Shown piece after piece: positions 58,568-64,000 of a stretch of 64,000 nucleotides of DNA; positions within the stretch are counted from its first letter, which is position 1, and each line of letters starts with the position of its first letter. Position numbers and translations under genes: made by a program. The stretch lies in the NCBI GenBank assembly GCA_025786725.1, contig JAHLTZ010000010.1, positions 124,001 to 188,000 on the forward strand, given 5' to 3'. The notes beneath the pieces are model-generated. The model worked only from the letters and a program-made list of their open reading frames with translations. It ran no database searches and had not been told where the DNA came from. The DNA is from Syncephalis fuscata S228 (lineage: Eukaryota; Fungi; Zoopagomycota).

Positions 58568-60523
58568 TTACGACGCCTCGTAGTCTGGATCATCGCTGTC
58601 GTTGACTGGCTGCCAGCCAAGACCTGTCACGCCGCGTAATCGCATGCGAATACCATCGGCTGTCGATTGGCCTACACCACGATGTCGTTCATTGTCGAGT
58701 CGGCCAGCCGTCGCATGTTTCGGTACTGTACCTGATAGCACACCGCTGTGCTCCGTCTCAATAGTCTCCTCATCTTCTTCGGGCGCAAACATGATCATTA
58801 CACCAATGCCTTGACATAGTAGAATGCCAGAGAATACTGCAAATGTCCAGCCACCCAGATGATTACGTATAGGAAGGAATAGCGCAGCTACAATTAAATT
58901 GGCAATCCAGTTGGCGGCCATACCAACACTTTGCGCTTGACCGGCCAGTTCTGGTGGAAATAGATCCGGCGCAACCAAGAAAGGAATCGGTCCAAGTCCA
59001 ATACCAAAGCTGGCTACAACCAGAGTAATAACTAGCGCTGATAATGCACCAAGGCCATAAGAAATGGCAAAGGCTAGTACTAACGACGCCAAACTCATGC
59101 CAAAAATAGAGTATAGCAGCAGTTTTCGTTTACCTTGTTGATCCATGAGTCGTGCTGCTACTAAAGTAACTGCCAGATTAGCAATAGAGATGTAGACGGA
59201 TATTAATGCAGCTTGTGATGGCATGACGGCCGATAAAATAGGAGTAGAATAGTACATGACGGCATTAATACCTGAAAATTGTTGGCCTAATAGGCATAAA
59301 AGCACGGCCAGCGTAGGCCGTAGATAGGGTCGACGGACTAGCATGGCCAGAGTGAATGACCGTGTTGGTGATTGTGTCCGGCTGCGCAGTGAACGAGGTG
59401 TACGTGGTGTACGTGGTGGATCTGACATATACGGATCTTCTGTGTCAATATCTGCGTCATTAACGGCCACTGTTCCATCGGCCAAATCAGAACGGCGTCT
59501 ACGATGATGATGTGTACGACGTGACCGTCTATGATTACGCATAGATCTACGCTGTGCCCGTTCCGCTTCTTCTTCATCAAGTGATTGGGCTCGTGTTTCT
59601 GGACAGATTGGCATGAGTGCTAGTTGTATTATGCCTAATATACCCGGTGCCAATAGAATATACCGCCATGCAAATGAATAGGATAGGAAAAGGCCGAGTA
59701 TTTGCGCACCCAATATTCCAATAACAATGCCTAATTGATTCATTACACCAATCATGCCGCGTTGCTCCACGGGTGCTAGTTCCATAAGCCATAATGGCAC
59801 AACAACGACGGCTACAGCCGATCCAAATCCAGCTAGCCATCGACCAAATGCCATGCCACCAGGCCCATCAGACAGTGATGTCCAAATAGATCCGAGTGTA
59901 AGACAGACCAGGCCCCAGCGCATTGCTTTCTGGCGTGTCCATCGACTAGCCCAGTGGCCAGCTACAAACGAGCCGGTCAATCCACCAAGAGTTAAAGCCG
60001 CTGTAACAAACGAATATTCCGTATCTGTCATTGGCACACAGGAGCCGGGCAACCAATGAACGTAGTGGGCCAGTGCATCCATCATAAGTATTTTGGGCGG
60101 TGATGCATTCGGCGGGCATTGCGTAATAGCATCCTTGGGTGAGTTGAGTTCACCTATATGATATCCATATTGAAATGTAGCCAATATTAGAACTGCAGTG
60201 GCTAAGCGTATTTGACGCGGAGTTAGCTCCAAGACAGTGCCTAGTTCAATCATATCAGAAGGCGACGTTATAGAAAAGGGGGTGGCTGGTACACTGCCGG
60301 GTAAAGGCGAGGAAGTTTCAGCGGCTATAGCGGTATCAATGGCTTGTACACGGTTTGCCGGTGTACTAGAAGTGGCGTCAGCATAGTTTGTTGCTGCTGT
60401 CGATGTAAAGAAACGAGCAGATTCATCTGTATTATCTTCGGCGTTTATATTGCTTGGTCTAGAAAGTGTATCATTGCTATTACCGCGGTTGGTATGATGG
60501 TCGTTGCCATAAAACGACGCCAT
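58568..60523 (-). CDS. MFS sugar porter (GLUT-like; resembles yeast vacuolar Vps73/Ybr241c), intronless
   Basis: FQYGYHIGELNSP, GRWLAG, ELAPVEQRG, PET, QQFSGINAVMYYS, D..GKRKLL, GLGPIPF, NWIAN; ~12 hydrophobic segments. Confidence 0.92.
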   Translation of the reverse strand: MASFYGNDHHTNRGNSNDTLSRPSNINAEDNTDESARFFTSTAATNYADATSSTPANRVQAIDTAIAAETSSPLPGSVPATPFSITSPSDMIELGTVLELTPRQIRLATAVLILATFQYGYHIGELNSPKDAITQCPPNASPPKILMMDALAHYVHWLPGSCVPMTDTEYSFVTAALTLGGLTGSFVAGHWASRWTRQKAMRWGLVCLTLGSIWTSLSDGPGGMAFGRWLAGFGSAVAVVVVPLWLMELAPVEQRGMIGVMNQLGIVIGILGAQILGLFLSYSFAWRYILLAPGILGIIQLALMPICPETRAQSLDEEEAERAQRRSMRNHRRSRRTHHHRRRRSDLADGTVAVNDADIDTEDPYMSDPPRTPRTPRSLRSRTQSPTRSFTLAMLVRRPYLRPTLAVLLCLLGQQFSGINAVMYYSTPILSAVMPSQAALISVYISIANLAVTLVAARLMDQQGKRKLLLYSIFGMSLASLVLAFAISYGLGALSALVITLVVASFGIGLGPIPFLVAPDLFPPELAGQAQSVGMAANWIANLIVAALFLPIRNHLGGWTFAVFSGILLCQGIGVMIMFAPEEDEETIETEHSGVLSGTVPKHATAGRLDNERHRGVGQSTADGIRMRLRGVTGLGWQPVNDSDDPDYEAS

Positions 60524-61215
60524 TATGTAGATAAATAATAAGGTTTAAAGGCACGCTGCACGACTAGACTGTTTAGCTGTCTGCGTTTCTATGCGTGCGT
60601 GCCTACAATTGTTGCTATAAAACAAAAACAAAACGAGAACAGCCAAAGATCTACGGCTATTTGTATACAGGTAGACGCATACACTGTCTAAAACTCAGCC
60701 GTCAAGATGACAGCGACAATAATGAATACAGTTGATATGGCGACACTAATCACTATTTAAACAATTTAAATAACAAGATTTGTTCTTTCAATTCAATTGG
60801 TACAAATGTAGCAATCGCGAGAGTGCAGTGACAGTAGCCAATATTAGAATAATGATAGAAAGCGAGAAGAAACGAGCAAGAAAAGCTGTACGAAAGTGAA
60901 GGCCAAGGTGACAGAGATGGAGGAAAAGGGAATTAGTATTTGTTCAAAAAGTTATTTCTATTTACTAATAAAAATTTACTAATAGGAAATTTATTAATAA
61001 AATGTACTTAATATTCCTTGGAAGCCAAATGATTTCAATGGGATTTACGTTTTAATGGTCGTCAAAGTAACCGTACATGTATAGATTGTAGAATAAAATA
61101 AAGCCACTACTTTGTATTAAATACTACATCTTATTCATTGCTATTTTATAGATTAAACGGACAACTTGTTATGGCATTGTTATCGAGTCAGCATAGGTTT
61201 GGTATAGTAATTAGT

Positions 61216-61884
61216 ATGAAATGGCCCCTACTACTGTCGTTGCTGTTATTGTTAGTTCTAAACTGGCCGGATGCAGCCAGTGTTGATGCGAAAAAGGCTC
61301 ATTGGCACACGACTAAAGCTGCACCAAACGCTACGACTACAACCAATAAGCATTTAGCATATCGTGCTGATACCTCGCTCGTCTTAAAAATGTCCTCACA
61401 ATTAAGTGCCCAGCATCCAACAGAAATTGCATGGACTATCGGTGATATGGGCGAGACAGGCAGTATGGATCGCTTTCTATTCGAAATAGCACTTGGCCAT
61501 GCTGACCTTGGTATTTTACAAGTACTTGGCCGAGTTCATGGCCGTTTAGTTGGTAATCTACTAAATACATGTGGCACAGCAGTAGCATCGACCAATGATG
61601 CTTTTTTCCGCTTTAACGTCACGCTCGATGATACTCTTATTGGATGGCTGATTAATCTACCCGATATACAATTGGTAGCGGTGCCTAAACCAACACAAAG
61701 ATGGAATAAGCAGTCAGTAGATCCGGCAGACAAGTTTACTCGTCAATTGATCACAAATAACAAGCTATATATTACTGTATGGGGTAGGAAGGCATATGAG
61801 CCACCTTGGTCTACCGTGCTCTATTATAACAAACATACAATTGACCGTATCGTGAATATAGAAAACATACATGTTAATGCATAA
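61216..61884 (+). CDS. Hypothetical secreted protein (~222 aa)
   Basis: MKWPLLLSLLLLLVLNWPDAASVDA signal peptide; intronless ORF; no recognisable family. Confidence 0.55.
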   Translation: MKWPLLLSLLLLLVLNWPDAASVDAKKAHWHTTKAAPNATTTTNKHLAYRADTSLVLKMSSQLSAQHPTEIAWTIGDMGETGSMDRFLFEIALGHADLGILQVLGRVHGRLVGNLLNTCGTAVASTNDAFFRFNVTLDDTLIGWLINLPDIQLVAVPKPTQRWNKQSVDPADKFTRQLITNNKLYITVWGRKAYEPPWSTVLYYNKHTIDRIVNIENIHVNA

Positions 61885-62208
61885 GGCCATATGAAATAAA
61901 TTTGATTCTATAGTTAGCACTAACCTTTTTGTGTAATCACAAATGACATACAAAGTGTAATATCAACATTCAAAGTCTGTGTCTAAATATTATTCTCGCC
62001 TTGGTAATTATGCGCAAGTGTAATGTGCAGTGTGTGAGATGGCAACTCCGCTTCAAATATCCGTTTTTTCCAACTGGATTCTCAAACGATTTGTACGCTT
62101 TTTTCTACTCTTTGAATTTGTTGCTTTTAGCTTCTTATCTTTTGCAAAAAGACAGTAGTGCGTTTTCAAACAGAACGCACGAGTGAGCACGAGACACTCC
62201 TAGCGACT

Positions 62209-64000
62209 ATGGGACGTCGTCGGCCGGTATTATTGCCTCATCGGTTTCTTGGTCAGAACTACCATTGGATTCATCTTAAACAGAAAAGACGCGGTAGAAA
62301 CTGGATAGACCCATTGTTTCCGCCCAATGCTGCTTCATTAGGACCGCGATTTGCTCATCTGCCCGGTATTGTATGGTATCGACCATGGGTAAGTTGGATA
62401 GAACGTAGCAATTGAGGATAAAGCTAATGCTGTTAGTGTGTTAGGAAATTACTCCGCATGCACGATTTGCCAGCCGATCTCATCGATATAAAATATCAGG
62501 TGTTATACAAGGGTAAGTATTTATTATAAATTATTTAAATATTAATAACAATGATAACAATAACAACAACAATAACTAATTAATAACTAATTAAATTTAA
62601 CACCATAAAATATAGATCGATTGGTAATTGTTGGCTAGTGGCAACTATTGGCTTAGTGGCGCAACGGCCGAATTTGATGCGTCGTCTCGTGCCTTATATG
62701 CATCGACAGAACTGGTCGCCTGCACATGTAGTTCGTAATCCGAGTAAGTAAAAGCGATAGCAACTAGATCATTTATTTATACTGGTTAGGCGTTTATCGA
62801 TTTCAGTTCTATCGACTTGGTCGTTGGGTAGAAGTCGTTGTTGATGACTTGCTACCTTATGATACCATTAATGGCCGATTATTATTTGCACGCAGTACAG
62901 ATCCTAATGAGTTTTGGGTATCATTGGTTGAGAAAGCTTATGCAAAACTACTTGGTTCCTATGATGTACTCGATGCAGGTTCTGCAGCAGATGCCATTCT
63001 TGACTTTACATCAGCTGTCGTTGAAAGCTGGCCGATTCGACATCCATTGCCGTTACCAACGGGTACAGATGGACGGTCACCTGAGGCAAAGAAGCGGAGG
63101 AAGGCTATGAAAGAAGAGATGGACAGTCGTGGAAACAGATGCGAGGCTATGTACAAAGCAGTGCATTGACCAGCTGTGCTATTCTACCGCGTGATGATAG
63201 CTATCTTGATGGTGTTACAGGGCCTACTTTACCATTCCCTTCAGCTGGCAGTGTGCCTAGTATACTACCTGATGGTCTTATGAGTGGTGTAAGTCATAAA
63301 TCCAAGTCTATTTTGTTTAGATTAATAGTGTTTTATTTAGCATTCATACGGTATATTAGACGTCGTTGAAGTAATACAATTCCGCTTCATTTAAAGCTAT
63401 TTCCAAGTAGTGCACGTCGTCGTCCTATACATCGACTAGTACTATTGCTAGATCCATGGGGAGAGGCAAACTGGCGTGGACGATGGAGTGCATGGGCACA
63501 TAATGATTGGGATCAACTTCCTTGGTGGCATAGTATTCCACTACGCAATCGTGCCAATAGACTTGAAGGTATCTTCTGGATGTCATTTGATGATTTTCAG
63601 GCTCGATTTGATGTCATTCAAGTTGGCCGTTGTGTTAATACACAGCTTTTATCATTTCAACAACGCTGGACTCAGCGGCGATTCCACGATCGTTGGTGTG
63701 GACTCGATGGTACTGCCGGTGGCTGTACCAACTTTGATGGTAGTATTGCCGGCAATCCACAGTATTTGATGATGATAAAGGAGAAAAATACTGAAGTATT
63801 AATATCGCTGCAACAAGGAAAGCGACTAAATAAGAATGGCCGACCTACTGATCGTCCTGCGCAAGCTGGCATGGAAGAAAGACAGCTAGTGACTGCAACG
63901 GCAGTTAGTATGCCAACACAGGCGGTAGGGGCGGCCAATCGAGAAGGCAATTATGTTATCGGGTTTTTAGTAATGCGCGTTGAAGAAAATAGAAAAACAC
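62209..64000 (+). CDS. Calpain (peptidase C2, CysPc plus domain III), runs off the window end; -1 shifts at ~63158 and ~63375
   Basis: DPLFPP, QGSIGNCWLVA, WVEVVVDDLLP, EFWVSLVEKAYAKLLGSY, GHSYGILDV, DPWGEANWRGRWS, GIFWMSFDDF, GTAGGCTN..NPQY. Confidence 0.9.

Overview
Gene-dense, AT-rich eukaryotic DNA with many short (~40-70 nt) spliceosomal introns. It looks like an early-diverging fungus; Zoopagomycota/Syncephalis-like is an inference from gene content and style. By manually splicing exons I can support about 30 protein genes: PRMT5 3' end, USP, RPL24, MOSC/mARC, RRP46, Sds3-like, MDM31, PUS7, UBC13, CMC2, TTC9-like TPR, MO25/Hym1, ENA Na+-ATPase, calmodulin, a Rab, GOT1, TAD2, LAS1, ETT1-like, profilin, a sugar porter, a calpain and others. 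There is also one tRNA-Ala(AGC). The AT-rich blocks between housekeeping clusters hold: (i) a long-TIR fold-back element family, one copy carrying a ~25-copy 26-bp (13+13) self-complementary minisatellite; (ii) an apparently perfect 810-bp inverted repeat; (iii) a decayed MuDR/MULE; (iv) secreted, apparently catalytically dead enzymes (a pseudo-subtilase and a pseudokinase) that are candidate effectors. Many conserved genes have single-base (-1) frameshifts, most likely long-read consensus errors. All family assignments come from motif recognition by eye; no database search was run.
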